Source of the DNA: Perna viridis
Lineage: Eukaryota
Direction of reading: 5' to 3'
DNA length: 64,000 nt
NCBI GenBank assembly: GCA_037379345.1
Contig: CM074511.1
Coordinates: forward strand, 43,406,862-43,470,861
Below the pieces are notes generated by a model. It was not told the origin of the DNA. It searched no databases and saw only the letters and a program-made list of their open reading frames with translations. Positions 42,730-64,000 of the stretch are shown here, in pieces. Numbering within the stretch: the first letter of the stretch is position 1; each line of letters begins with the position of its first letter. A program made the translations under genes and the position numbers.

Positions 42730-43660
42730 TCGATCAATACAATATTTGTCCAGTGAAGTGGACGCATTTTTCAACAACAGTCGGTATTCCAATGGGAACC
42801 AATTGTGCTCCTCTACTTGCTGACCTATTTCTTTACTCTTATGAGGCTGTCTATTGCTGATCTGATCCAAAACAGGAGCATCGTTTAGTTAGGTCCTTTG
42901 ATCTCAGTTTCCACTATATAGATGACGTATGAACATTAAACAATCCTAGTTTCGCTTATTTGATACATCCTACAAACTTGAAAAAAGGATAATATTGACA
43001 CCATGAAGTTAGCCACATATCTTGACCTACACGTAGAGATGGATGGTAAAGGAAAACTATCGACCAAACTTTATGACAAACGCGATGACTTTTCATTCCG
43101 TATTTTCAAATTTTCTTTCATTTGTGGCAACATCCCTTCAGCGCCTGCGTATAGAGTTCTCATATCACAACTTAAACGTTAAGCCAGAGTTTGCCTAAAC
43201 TACGCTTCCAGAATTTTTGTATGTATCGCTAGTCTTCTTTCAATTAGGTTTCTGGAACAGGGTTATGTTGCTACAAGATTGAAGTCATCACTACAGAAGT
43301 TTTATGGTAGTCATCATGAACTCATGGACCATTACAGTGTCTCCATCTGCACCATGAGATTTGATTTGTTCAACTTGTCATAGTTTTCCTTTCCTCTTTC
43401 GACGACCCTGCACTTTTTATGAGCAATTCGGCCGGTGTTTCTAGAAAAACAGAAGATGCTTATCCTACCGGTGCACCTGGTCTATGCTCCCAGTTTTTAG
43501 TGGAGTCCCAGTTGCTCATTTGCTTTTTTTACTTTGTATGTATGATTTTAGTTACTTCATGTTTCATGTTCTTTGTTGTGTATGTCTTCCATGTCTGGTC
43601 TTTGTTTCTGGATTACATTCTTTTGATTACCTCTATAACCTTGGTTCCCTTGATTACTCT
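42730..43660 (+). mobile_element. 5'-truncated, decayed Penelope-like retroelement: RT C-terminal half + 3' UTR
   Basis: VGIPMGTNCAPLLADLFLYSYE, YIDDV, YLDL, LYDKRDDF, NIPSAPAY, KFYG..HHEL. The ORF remnant ends at TAG 43381-43383 with no downstream endonuclease. It is followed by the 3' tail shared with many short copies. Confidence 0.85.
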
Positions 43661-43870
43661 TCCAGAAGATCTTTCGAATGTTACAGGGACCACATTGAAT
43701 TTATACCTGTACAGGAGTAACAAGTGTCGTGGTAGGACCGGAGACCTTCTTTGACACCTGTGAGTATAGAGGTTAGAAGTTTTGAAACAGGTTTGGTGAT
43801 AAATTTTGCAAATCTAGCTATGAAGCGTTGTTTTTATGGATTTTTGTGGAGTTTCGAAAGACGGTAGATC
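43661..43870 (-). mobile_element. Penelope-like RT N-terminal fragment, inverted and abutting the previous element
   Basis: Minus strand reads KLHKNP*KQRFIA..TKPVSKLLTSILTGVKEGL..GINSMW..SKDLLE. Confidence 0.8.
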
Positions 43871-44229
43871 GCGATCGTCGACTTTGGTAGAACCATTTTA
43901 TAACATGTTTAGGTATTTTCTTTTAAATTATTTAGCTAATGATTGAATTAATTATCATCATGCTATGTGAATCATATTAACTGATATAAATTCAGTTGAT
44001 TTTTTTTCTAAAAATCACTGAAGTTAATTCTACATGTTCATGTATTTAAGAAGAATCCTCAGGGTGAATTAGTCAAATGAACATACCAATTGAGAAATAT
44101 TTATGTATATTGAAATACACTATTTGAAGTCAAATAAGTATGGCACAGGTTCTAATGTCTCTGCGATTGGAAATTTAAATATAATTTTATAACAAATTTA
44201 TGTTTCAATAGAAGAAGCTCCCTTTCAAA

Positions 44230-44536
44230 AGAGTAATCAAGGGAACCTTCTAGCGTAAATTAAAAAAATGTAATCCAGGGACAAAGACCAGACATGGAAG
44301 ACAGACACACACAACAAAGAACATAAAGTAACTAAAATAATACATACAAAGTAACATAACTAAATACGCAACTCGGACACTAAAATATTGGGAGAATGTA
44401 CCAGGTGCACCGGTAGGGTAAGCGTCCTCTACTTTTCTAAAAAACACCCACCGAGTTGCTCATAAAAAGTCAAGTGCAAGGCAGACGAAAGAGGTACGAA
44501 AAAGTATGACAACTTGAACAAATCAGTTTTCATGGT
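44230..44536 (-). mobile_element. Short 3'-end copy of the Penelope-like element
   Basis: Same terminus (agagtaatcaagggaacc on the plus strand) and same internal sequence. Confidence 0.85.
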
Positions 44537-46190
44537 CCGTAACTAGGTCTGGATTATTTGGGAATTTATGCCAAGTTCGGATTCGTTAATCAGGACGGCT
44601 TTTCAGTTTCCCAGAGAGGTTGCGATTATACGAGACGGATTGTTAATGAATACGTGCAACCTTTTTGTCTTCAATTAATTTCTTATTGGTGTCGTTGCCC
44701 CCGTACTAATAGAAACACGCAGGTAGCTTCTTGTAACATTCAGACGTGCCGTCGACCTTCATGTTCTCAAAATCCGTTGGTTGACTAATAATTGATTGAC
44801 TGTGAGATTCTGGTATTTCTCTCATACTTACATGATAATGTAACATGACAGCAGGTGACTTAGATTGACTAATAAATGAAACGTACTGGGCATATGTTGC
44901 TCCTTGCTTCCCTTTCCGCTGGTCTAGAATAGAATTTCAGTGTGGTATTTGTCCATGGGAAGCAAAATTTTCCCATTGGGTTGAAAGAACCTTAGAGATA
45001 GCTCAAGATTTTGTGGAACTAAACTACTTCAGGTGCTGTACTTTTACCTTTGTCTTCAGGAATGTTGTCTTACGTTAAAATTGTTGGTAGTATGATTTGA
45101 CGTACTTATTGGTGGATTCTATTATTATCTCCCAGAACGTAAGGTGCGACATCACCACAGCAGGTATTTAGCATGAAGGTTTCTGGTTCGGTCAGATTCC
45201 TTACTTTGACAAAGTCGTAGAAGGTAGGGAAATCGAGGGAACCGCTTGATCGTCAGTGATGCCATAAATATTGAGCACTGTGCTAAGATCTTCTTTAATT
45301 AAACGTTCACTGGCAGTACTGTGGCTCCCGTAGATGTTTCTGTTCACTCTGACCTCTGATCTCGGTTTATCCTTTCAGTTTTTGACCATTGCCTCAAGTG
45401 TTAAATCAGTTCTGTTATTTTGTGTTGCTTATGGTAATATTATTTGCCTACGGTCAAGATTGTACTCAAGGCGGTATTAAGGTTACACTCGATCATCTGG
45501 GAAAACAACAGATCCTTCGTGAACGGAAACCTTGTTAACATTAATAAAGTATTAACAAGAAGTACTCAAACCCAAACTCAAAATGAAAATTTCAAAATAT
45601 GAAACAAATCTAGAACGCACAATTTCTACTAATATCTAAGCGCTTCATTATGGTCGCTAAGAACATGCTTAATACAATGAATCTTTGGGGTTTCCAATTT
45701 TGTGCTACTCATATCTATGGGTCATCCAAGTCTAACCTTTGGCCTGATGAATACACTAGGGGAAATATAGTCCACTTGTAGTAGATCGACCCAGTGGCTT
45801 CTAAATACAAAAATGCAATTTTTACACCCGCTTTGTTTCCCGTCGAAAGTCAATTCTGGTAAAAGAGGAAGAATTTAAAATTAAAATTTATGTCGTTAAG
45901 TCATATCGGAAATTATCATTTAATATCGGTCGCGACCGTAGAAGCAGGGTTTAACTATTGACAACATAATTTTTTCCAGTAGCTTATTTTTGTTTACCAT
46001 TGAACTTTTTATCTAGTAATTTTGTGTAAGGATCTAAATTTCTAACTGAATGAGTAAATTTAGCGATAGAAACTCATTAATAGCCATAACAAAATGACTT
46101 TGAATATCAAATGTATAATTGATAAAAAAATATCATATATTACCTACTTATTTTTATTTTCGTTTTGCAGGGTAGGAATTTCAGAGATAA

Positions 46191-47795
46191 ATGGCTCTCA
46201 CCAAAGAAAAACTAACCCTGTCACTATTAGTCTTATCTTGCAACGCAATGAATGACTTTGAATGGGCAAGACAATTAATTGCAAAACTAAGGGACAATGG
46301 ATGGAAAAACGTATTAACAACCTATGAATTTCCCCCTGGAAGTGAGTACTTTTCCATGATTGATGAATACATTAGGGCCGCCGATATCCTTCTAATCATT
46401 CTATCTCAATCTTCAGAACAAGAAAAGACTTTCATGAAAACAGTTAACTGTTCCATAAAAACAATTTTAGACAATGATCTAGCATGTAGAGTAATTCCAG
46501 TGGCTCTGCATCCAAAGTCAACAATACCATTTGCTTTACAAGATGTCGAAGTATTTCGTGCATGGCAAGAACAGGATGATTCAAAGCTTATTCGTGCTTT
46601 ACTAGAGACACCCGGGGAACAGGTTTTGACAAAATTTATTTCAACTCTTGTTTCTCTAAACGTCAATGAGGAAAAGGTTCGTCGGTTAAACAAAATATCG
46701 CTGCCAAGCAACTTATGCACGGACATTTCAAACATTGGGAAAAATATACTTAAACACTGGGGTGTGCGTCTTCGTGGGAACTTGTTAATCGTAGACATGT
46801 TAAAGCTTCAAAATAATGCATCGTACAATAGAATATGCTTATTTGATTTATTTTCGACTTTTTTTGGAACTGAAAGTTCAAACATTTGCTTTGTGAGACT
46901 ATATAATGTAAAGAGGTTTAATTTCCATAACTTATTTCAAAATGGACAGGTTTACGGTGACCTCGAAGGAATCTACCACACAATAATGACGGATGCTATT
47001 CCATCATTTCAACATTTTTGGTACCAGTACCGTAGAAATGGCCTGTGCCCAACAGATAATGCAGAACTAGCATTTAAACCAGTAGTGCAAGCAAAATTTG
47101 CTTGGCATAAAGATGAAATACATTCACCCCAATATGAAAAATATGAGGAACGCATGAAAACACTAGAAAACTTTGTAGTTGACAATTTTCTCGTTAAACA
47201 TGCTTTAGCAATTTCTGGGTTCTTCGGAGTAGGAGTTTTAGATTTCGTTCAGTGCTATTACTGTGGTTCTTGCATTCGGATACTTAATTTAAAATATCAT
47301 GAGGGGTTTTACTTTGGCAAGTGTCCATTAAACGACATGAAGATGTCAGTGATGAAATCAGTGTGTGAGAATACTGTTATGCTGAAAAAATTAGGATTGG
47401 CAACATTCGAAACTAGGAAGGAAAGAAAAGATTCCTTCAAGCCATTGCTTGAAAATGACCAGTCTTATGATATAAATCTTCTAGACAGGTTTGTAGATGC
47501 AGGCTTTTTCTATAGAGGGACTCGTGAGGATACAATATGTTATGCATGTGATTTAAGTCTTACAAATATCAAAGATTATACAAACCCAGAATTGATTCAC
47601 AAGACATTCTCACCCGATTGTTCCCACATGAGGACCGTGGAAGTGAAAAACCCAGAGTCCGGTCTTTTGAACAAGAATGTACATCCCTATCTAGAACTAG
47701 AAATACTGTGCAGAAATGAAAACATGTTTCCAGAACTTAACAACAATACTGCTACCGTCGATGATGATACGCAATCATATTTTTACGAAGACTAA
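46191..47795 (+). CDS. TIR-like domain + two BIR (IAP repeat) domain protein, 534 aa, single coding exon
   Basis: Long uninterrupted ORF in AT-rich DNA, preceded by a splice acceptor (ttttgcag, 46170) and followed by AATAAA near 47946. aa 10-138 follow the TIR pattern (LLVLSC..DFEWARQLIAKLRDNG; EFPPG..IDEYIRAADILLIILS; RVIPVAL; IPFAL). aa 315-380 are a degenerate BIR (EERMKTL..LAISGFFGVG..VQCYYCG..H..C). aa 406-480 are a canonical BIR (ERKDSF..AGFFYRG..CYAC-x16-H-x6-C). Confidence 0.88.
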   Translation: MALTKEKLTLSLLVLSCNAMNDFEWARQLIAKLRDNGWKNVLTTYEFPPGSEYFSMIDEYIRAADILLIILSQSSEQEKTFMKTVNCSIKTILDNDLACRVIPVALHPKSTIPFALQDVEVFRAWQEQDDSKLIRALLETPGEQVLTKFISTLVSLNVNEEKVRRLNKISLPSNLCTDISNIGKNILKHWGVRLRGNLLIVDMLKLQNNASYNRICLFDLFSTFFGTESSNICFVRLYNVKRFNFHNLFQNGQVYGDLEGIYHTIMTDAIPSFQHFWYQYRRNGLCPTDNAELAFKPVVQAKFAWHKDEIHSPQYEKYEERMKTLENFVVDNFLVKHALAISGFFGVGVLDFVQCYYCGSCIRILNLKYHEGFYFGKCPLNDMKMSVMKSVCENTVMLKKLGLATFETRKERKDSFKPLLENDQSYDINLLDRFVDAGFFYRGTREDTICYACDLSLTNIKDYTNPELIHKTFSPDCSHMRTVEVKNPESGLLNKNVHPYLELEILCRNENMFPELNNNTATVDDDTQSYFYED

Positions 47796-50534
47796 TGCGT
47801 GATATAAAAATGTTCATCCTTTTTGTACTTTTACTTGTTAATATTTAGATAGATAACCGAGTATTTAACAATGCTATAATATTGTGTTCATACAAAATGG
47901 GTTTTTTTTATATTTGGTATCACGATTATCATGTATTTGAAAGGGAATAAATAAATTAGAGGCTCTAGAGAGCCTGGATCGCTTACATGGTCAAAAATAG
48001 ACTTTTAACATTACTGTACTATTGTCACAAGAATCATTTAATCAATGGAAAGCATTTAACTTATCTACCTGGTTTTCGTATCATAAAATAAGTCTGTCGT
48101 TGCCTTCTACTTAAAGTTTACAGCACTAAGCCATACTTTTCAATTTTTAATCCCTAGGGACATCTCTAGCAACATCCCTTTCAGTTTTAGTGGGTCAGAT
48201 TAATTTGTACAGATACCGGAGACGTTGCAGTTCTCCCCAGATGGTGGGAATATTTTATACATATAATGTGACATAAACAAAAGTCCGACGCAACTGACAG
48301 ATGTAAATTCCAAAAAGGAAACGATTGCCTTTCCTATCTTAAAACAGCTATGTTAGTATTTGTATAATGCAATCGGAGTTATATTTTTTTTTCGAGGACG
48401 GTTAAGTTCTTGACAACAGCAAAAAAGAAGAGCCGAGATACACGTATGCACATCCACGTTTTCCCGTAAAAAGTGAAAAATATAGAAAAGACTCGAAAAC
48501 TTTCAGAAAAGATTTTTAATTTTTACTGAAACGTAATCTTAACCTTTATATATATACTGATATTACGTGTATGTCGGTCATCTTTAGACATGAGCCTCCG
48601 TTCTATGCTTAGTGCAGTTAAGAATGATAATAAAGTGATATTTAATTTTCATTATTTAAACTAAGTTTTGAATTTTTTGTTAAATTCATTGACCACTGAA
48701 AGAAGTATTGCACTTAAATGAAACTTTTGGTAAAATAAAAAAATTGATGTCATTGTCGCATATGATACTTTTATGAAATTACTTTACATTTCACTTTGAT
48801 CAAGCCAGGATCATAGTGGCTATTTTCATTTTTTCTGCTTCATTCTTAACTTTGCCTTTTCGTGTATCATTTAAGGTTCCCTTAAAGTCCATATCTATAA
48901 AATTCTCGTTGAATTGTTTTATTTCACCAGTTAAAGTATGAATTATATATAGCTCTGAAACTTTGTTACAAGTCTTGATGTGTGATTCAAACTAAAACAT
49001 GTTAAAAAAAATAAACAAAAAATTGACTTCTACATTTCACAACAAATACAATTGGTAAACAACATATTTTTTAAATAAATCTTCAGCTTTAAAGACGCAA
49101 ATTTACATATTCCTGATTCTAACATCAATAATTAATAAAATATTATAATATTCATTAAAATCTGGTTATTATTTCATATAAGCGCACGCTTGCCCTGCAC
49201 TAGATTTTTAGGTCACAGAATATGTGCACCTCCAAACAAAACTATGCCCTGGTAAAGCTATACATTTATATACAATTTGTATTAACACTAATGTTGTTTG
49301 CAAAATATATCAGTATTAACATGTTTTATTAAACAATAGACCATGCATATGGGTAGATATCTGTATTAGGAAGTATTTGGTAAGTTGTCTGGGATTTATC
49401 ATTCATATTAGTGAATTGTAAAAAGAAATAATTTGTGTTGTAATATCCTGGATTTTGATTCTAACTTAACCTTAATATATCCCTCCAATTTGTGATATAT
49501 TTTCAGTTCTGTAATTTTGTTATTACCTTAATATACGATGTAAAATAAAACGAAAAGTACAACGAGGCCATATCATGTCACCAATCTGTTGTCTACCTGT
49601 ACTTTTATGAAATAGAAGAAATACATAACCAACTGAATAGTGAAACACAACATGCGCTTACAATCAATGCAGAAAGAAGACCAGAACTATTTTACTCTTG
49701 TGACGAAAGAAACTTTATTATTTAAACCAGTACAATAAGAGATATAAAGGATTTACTTTGTAAATTAAGGATAATCGAAGCAAAGCCAATGGAACGAAAA
49801 ACATTCAGAAGACTACATTTCGAAGTCAAACCAGTTCAGCTTGGTACGACAACTAAGTGAAAGATGTTGAGAATTTTCGAAACCTCGCTAAAGTAACTCG
49901 AAAAATACAGTTCAGTGACGTATGGAAAGAATGCAGTGTCATTTCTTATTCTACTCTCATTTTTGAATGAAGTAGGTGCCCTTGCTCGTTAGTTTTTTTG
50001 TATTTTTTAATCATTGTTTCTTTTAAAAACGTCAGTTGAACTTTTGTATTTTCACATTAAATCTTTCATTTGATTTTTGTCCATTTTACCGTTTTGACCC
50101 ATGTTCTCTGTTAGAGACGTCTGTTACACTTAAAAATGTCTGTTTCTGTTGATGAACAATGGAGGAAAACATCTTGTAAAATTAGCGGATTTTATTAAAA
50201 TGCAGTTTAAGAATAAAATCTAGTGAAGTGAATACGCATCTAAAAATGTGCTTATTTGAAAGCTTGTACGTAAGAACACTTAGTCTTCTGTATTCTAATT
50301 TTTTTGTATGTTAGATTGTAATCCAAGCCTCTGTAAATGCCACCCGTGGGTAATGTAGTTGAATTTATTGACAATGTAACCATATAAACGTAGCTGGCAT
50401 CTATACTGTTCTCTGAACTGCTTTCGGTGTGTAGGATTTTTGACAACCATAAAATAATACCACCAGAGTAATAATTAATATAAGACTTCTGAATGTTATA
50501 ATTACCAAGCAATCAAACACACTGTTTATATATA

Positions 50535-50701
50535 CAGTAAAACATGTCTAAACCGAACCCTTTTCGACAATTAGAATATGTTCAGTTCAGACAGATGTGC
50601 GGTTTACAAAGGATCAACATGCATTTCAATTAATATTAAGGGTATTAAAAAGGGCCTGGTGTAGTAGATTAATCGGGGTTCGGTTTAGACAGGTTTCAAT
50701 G
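50535..50701. mobile_element. 167-bp Tc1/mariner/pogo-type MITE
   Basis: TA|CAGTAAAACATGTCTAAACCGAACCC ... GGGTTCGGTTTAGACAGGTTTCAATG|TA. Confidence 0.8.
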
Positions 50702-51515
50702 TACAACATAAAAAAACATCAAAGGAGATGGACTGAATCGGTATATACCAATAGCACACGTTACATTGTAACAATAATAATTACGAATGTTCCATAAAAA
50801 GTTCCAAGTATGATATCAGACGCAGTATCTAAAATACCTACCTAAAATTGAAAAGTAGTAACCTTATTATATGGTCCCGGACCGATAAAAAAGGTCAATG
50901 TAGGGGCATAAATCAGTGATCAACCCAAAACATGTAGCTGTAAGGACTAATGAACCTGTAAATGAACGTATTAGCATTGACTTCTTAAAGAAATGTACCA
51001 AATTGGAAATGAAAACCGAAACCGTGTTTTGACTTGACATGGATGATAATGGTTATATTTGTCATCCAACTTGTCGCTTTGTTTTATGTACGACTTCATT
51101 CAACCTTTTCACAAAATATCTTGATACAACATTGAGTATATTTCAAATGCAAAAATGTCGACAGAAACTGCATTTGTTTTCTTATAATATTTTCAAAATG
51201 ATACCAAATTCAGCTGTGTGGTATTTCGGTCCATTACACTCTTAAAATAAGTTGTTTGGAGTATTTTCCCATGTAATATGTAACAAAGTGTCTTTGTAGC
51301 TTCGGCATATTATTTCACGTGAGCTACATAATTGTAAATAACAAACACAAAACGAAACAAAAAAGTAAACGGTAGCATTTTTAGTGCTCAATTTGATGTA
51401 AAGTTATCTTTCACCATCGTTTTATTGTAGAAAATAGTGCTACATTGAGTTTGCTTCTATCTATCTATTTATTCTTTCCTGGTTGATATGCAAATACATA
51501 GTGCTTTATTCTTCC

Positions 51516-51721
51516 CTATACATTTTTTACATCACTACTGTCAATCTTTGTACCTGTTTTATTGAGAAGTTTTGCAATCCTCTTTGCAGCAATAACTGAA
51601 TAGGCTACAATAAAAAGAATGACAGAATGAAGATTGCCATTACGTACGTAGTTTAAACGCTGATATAATGGTTGGATAATTCTCGTATTCTGAAAGTTGT
51701 GCTGGAGTCTCTTTCTCCGCT
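51516..51721 (-). CDS. Probable further 3' exon of the TMC gene
   Basis: Acceptor tacag at 51722 in the right phase (MAN-E-RRKRLQHNF...). The frame is open to a stop at 51516, but internal donors at 51647 and about 51553 leave the true end unresolved. Confidence 0.4.
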
Positions 51722-51908
51722 CTGTATGTAAAAAGGAAAGTGCTTTGTTTAATTTTATATTAGTTTTGTCTTGTTTTTTGGGGGGGGGGGCTTTTTTATA
51801 TGTCAGTAGCTGATTGGCCAATTTGTGGATATTAGTTATATCATATCAAAGGGAAGTAATTCCATAGAAGGACAATAATTTTTGTACAATCAAAAGCATT
51901 GTAGTAAT

Positions 51909-51909
<1 letters not shown>

Positions 51910-51969
<60 letters not shown>
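51910..51969. repeat. (CT)30 microsatellite
   Basis: Direct reading of the sequence. Confidence 0.98.
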
Positions 51970-51970
<1 letters not shown>

Positions 51971-52994
51971 ATAACTTTCTAAAAATAATCTGAATTCTAA
52001 AAATGCAGTAATCGAAAAATAATGCTTAGACAGTCTTGTTTGATTTTCCATTTGTCTATGGAATGTGGCAGACCATTTTTTATTTAAACAATAATGTTTA
52101 ATTTTACATCTGATACTTGGAATGATAGCTCATGTTATAAGAGCAGAAATAATGCAATGTATAATTGAAAACTATTATTGAGGCAGTACTGTAGTAGAAA
52201 AAATATTATTGTAAACTTAAAACTTATTACCAGCACTTGACATATTGTCATTCTTGTACTTTTTATTTCCCACAAGAGATGCTCCTGATTCTATATCTCG
52301 TTTAACTGAAAGGAAATCTAATACTGATTACTATGTTAGAGATTTGGTCCAGTCTGAACAATTTTTATGGCGAAAAAATTGCAACAATATATATTTAGAT
52401 TCAAAATTACTGACGTGTATCGTTTACCCTAAATATCTTTTAAAAATTCCACCAAATGTATGACCATAACAAATTGTAAAAGTTGACTTCATTTCCTAAT
52501 GTTCGGCTGAAAATAACTCTGGTTACCAGCTCAAACAATTTTGTTAGTTGATTATTTTTACTTCTCATTAAATTAACTAAATATCGTAAAAGTTTTGGGA
52601 CAAAGAGATTTTGACAATTCTTAATTTCAATAAATATTTTTTGGCGGTTATATAATCTACCAACCACCACTTCAGATAGATATTTTTTCTTAGTTAATTA
52701 TTGTACATTTCTTTTTTGCAAAATCGTATTTATTGCTTCTGTAGCTCAAGTTAATTTGTTAATGAACAATAAAGTTGCTGGATTGGCTGACTTATTACTA
52801 CCTAAAACAGTGTCATCATTATATCAGCAACAAAAGACATGAAATAGTTTAAATCTACCATGTAATTGATTACAAATTCTTCACGAACTATAAAAGCATG
52901 GTGAAACTTGGTTGTACTTATATTTACTTTTAGAGCTTTTTGACCAAACACAAAGATTTTGAAGAAAATAAATTATTTTGTTTTTCAAAGTTAC

Positions 52995-63171
<10,177 letters not shown>

Positions 63172-64000
63172 CTGCAATAAATGTACACCTAAGGAGTCAA
63201 CATTTTACTTACTACAACTATAGAGTTGCCCCTATATAATCAAGTGACATAAATAAAAAAGATAAAAACGAAACAAGACATACAGAAGCCAGAAATCCCT
63301 GACTTGGGACAGGCGCAAAATATTCGGCGAGGTTTAAGTACTTTAGCGTGATCACAACCACCCCCTTCAAAATCTGGCCAGTGTGGAAAAAAATTAAACA
63401 CACCTAACAATCAGTTCAAAAAGGCGTGAGTCCCTAATTGCTACAACGAAGATAGAGAAACTGGATATAAATTACAAAAATGTACAAACTAAGGACTACT
63501 AGCAGTTAACTGACATACCAGCCCCAGACCACTTTAAACCTACAAAAAGTTGTGTCCCCATCATATGTAAAATCAATCCCATTCTTCCCATGCGGGTTTG
63601 AGAATCACGGTACCTCATATTAAATTATTTAATATTTTTTCAACGAGAGGAAGTTTCTCATGCTCATCTCGTGGAGCGGCTTCGCCATGAGAAACCCCGC
63701 TGAATTGTAAGGTATTAGTTTTCTTTTATTTTCAGTTTTCCTAACCTAAATATGTAAGTTTTATAAGCGCTGCAAAGTTTCCTTTTCTGCGGAGTGCTAC
63801 TTGACGTCACGTTATGTTGTGCCGCTATACGATAATTTTCAATCTCACCCGAGTGGGGTGAGATTGAAAATTATCGTATATGTCAAATGGATTTTAAACA
63901 AAAATAGCGATAATAAGTCATACTATAAGGACACAATCTATGTCATGCCAAAATCTGCTTTAAAAGATAGTGTTTTAATTTATATGTAAACCTAATGAGA

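Noticed and set aside
43419-43470. Possible SECIS in the Penelope-like 3' UTR
   Set aside because: The ATGA is part of a Watson-Crick closing stem; there is no GA quartet with a properly spaced AA loop.
43419-43754. ORFs such as MSNSAGVSRKTEDAYPTGAPG... and similar ones at 12613, 27518, 28981, 37029 and 44250
   Set aside because: Chance translations of the repeated retroelement 3' UTR, in different frames from copy to copy.
44540-45500. GC-richer, coding-like stretch
   Set aside because: No sustained ORF or recognisable motif on either strand; probably decayed TE.
45687-45695. kappaB-like GGGGTTTCC upstream of the TIR-BIR gene
   Set aside because: A single 9-mer inside probable TE-derived DNA, and the transcription start is unknown.
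46406-46798. 130-aa antisense ORF inside the TIR-BIR gene
   Set aside because: Shadow of the coding strand; no motif.

Overview
AT-rich, intron-rich animal DNA. The repeat families resemble bivalve (probably mussel-like) repeats; this is an inference. Left to right: (1) a complete 16-exon NEK8 gene on the minus strand (210-13201, 687 aa), which contains a GT-AG intron with U12 (minor spliceosome) signals. (2) A myosin II regulatory light chain gene on the plus strand, tandemly duplicated (unit A 18363-29740, unit B 29741-37787). Copy B lacks the first exon and its splice acceptor, and has six amino-acid changes clustered in the phospho-regulatory segment. (3) A block of decayed mobile elements: a BEL/Pao LTR remnant, Penelope-like RT fragments with a highly structured 3' RNA module, and MITEs. 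(4) A single-exon 534-aa ORF (46191-47795) that fuses an N-terminal TIR-like domain to two BIR zinc-finger domains, the most unusual protein here. (5) The middle and 3' part of a TMC1/2/3-like channel gene on the minus strand, in which one intron can only be spliced sensibly as an AT-AC intron with U2-type signals. All exon boundaries were derived by hand from splice dinucleotides and reading phase; no database searches were run.
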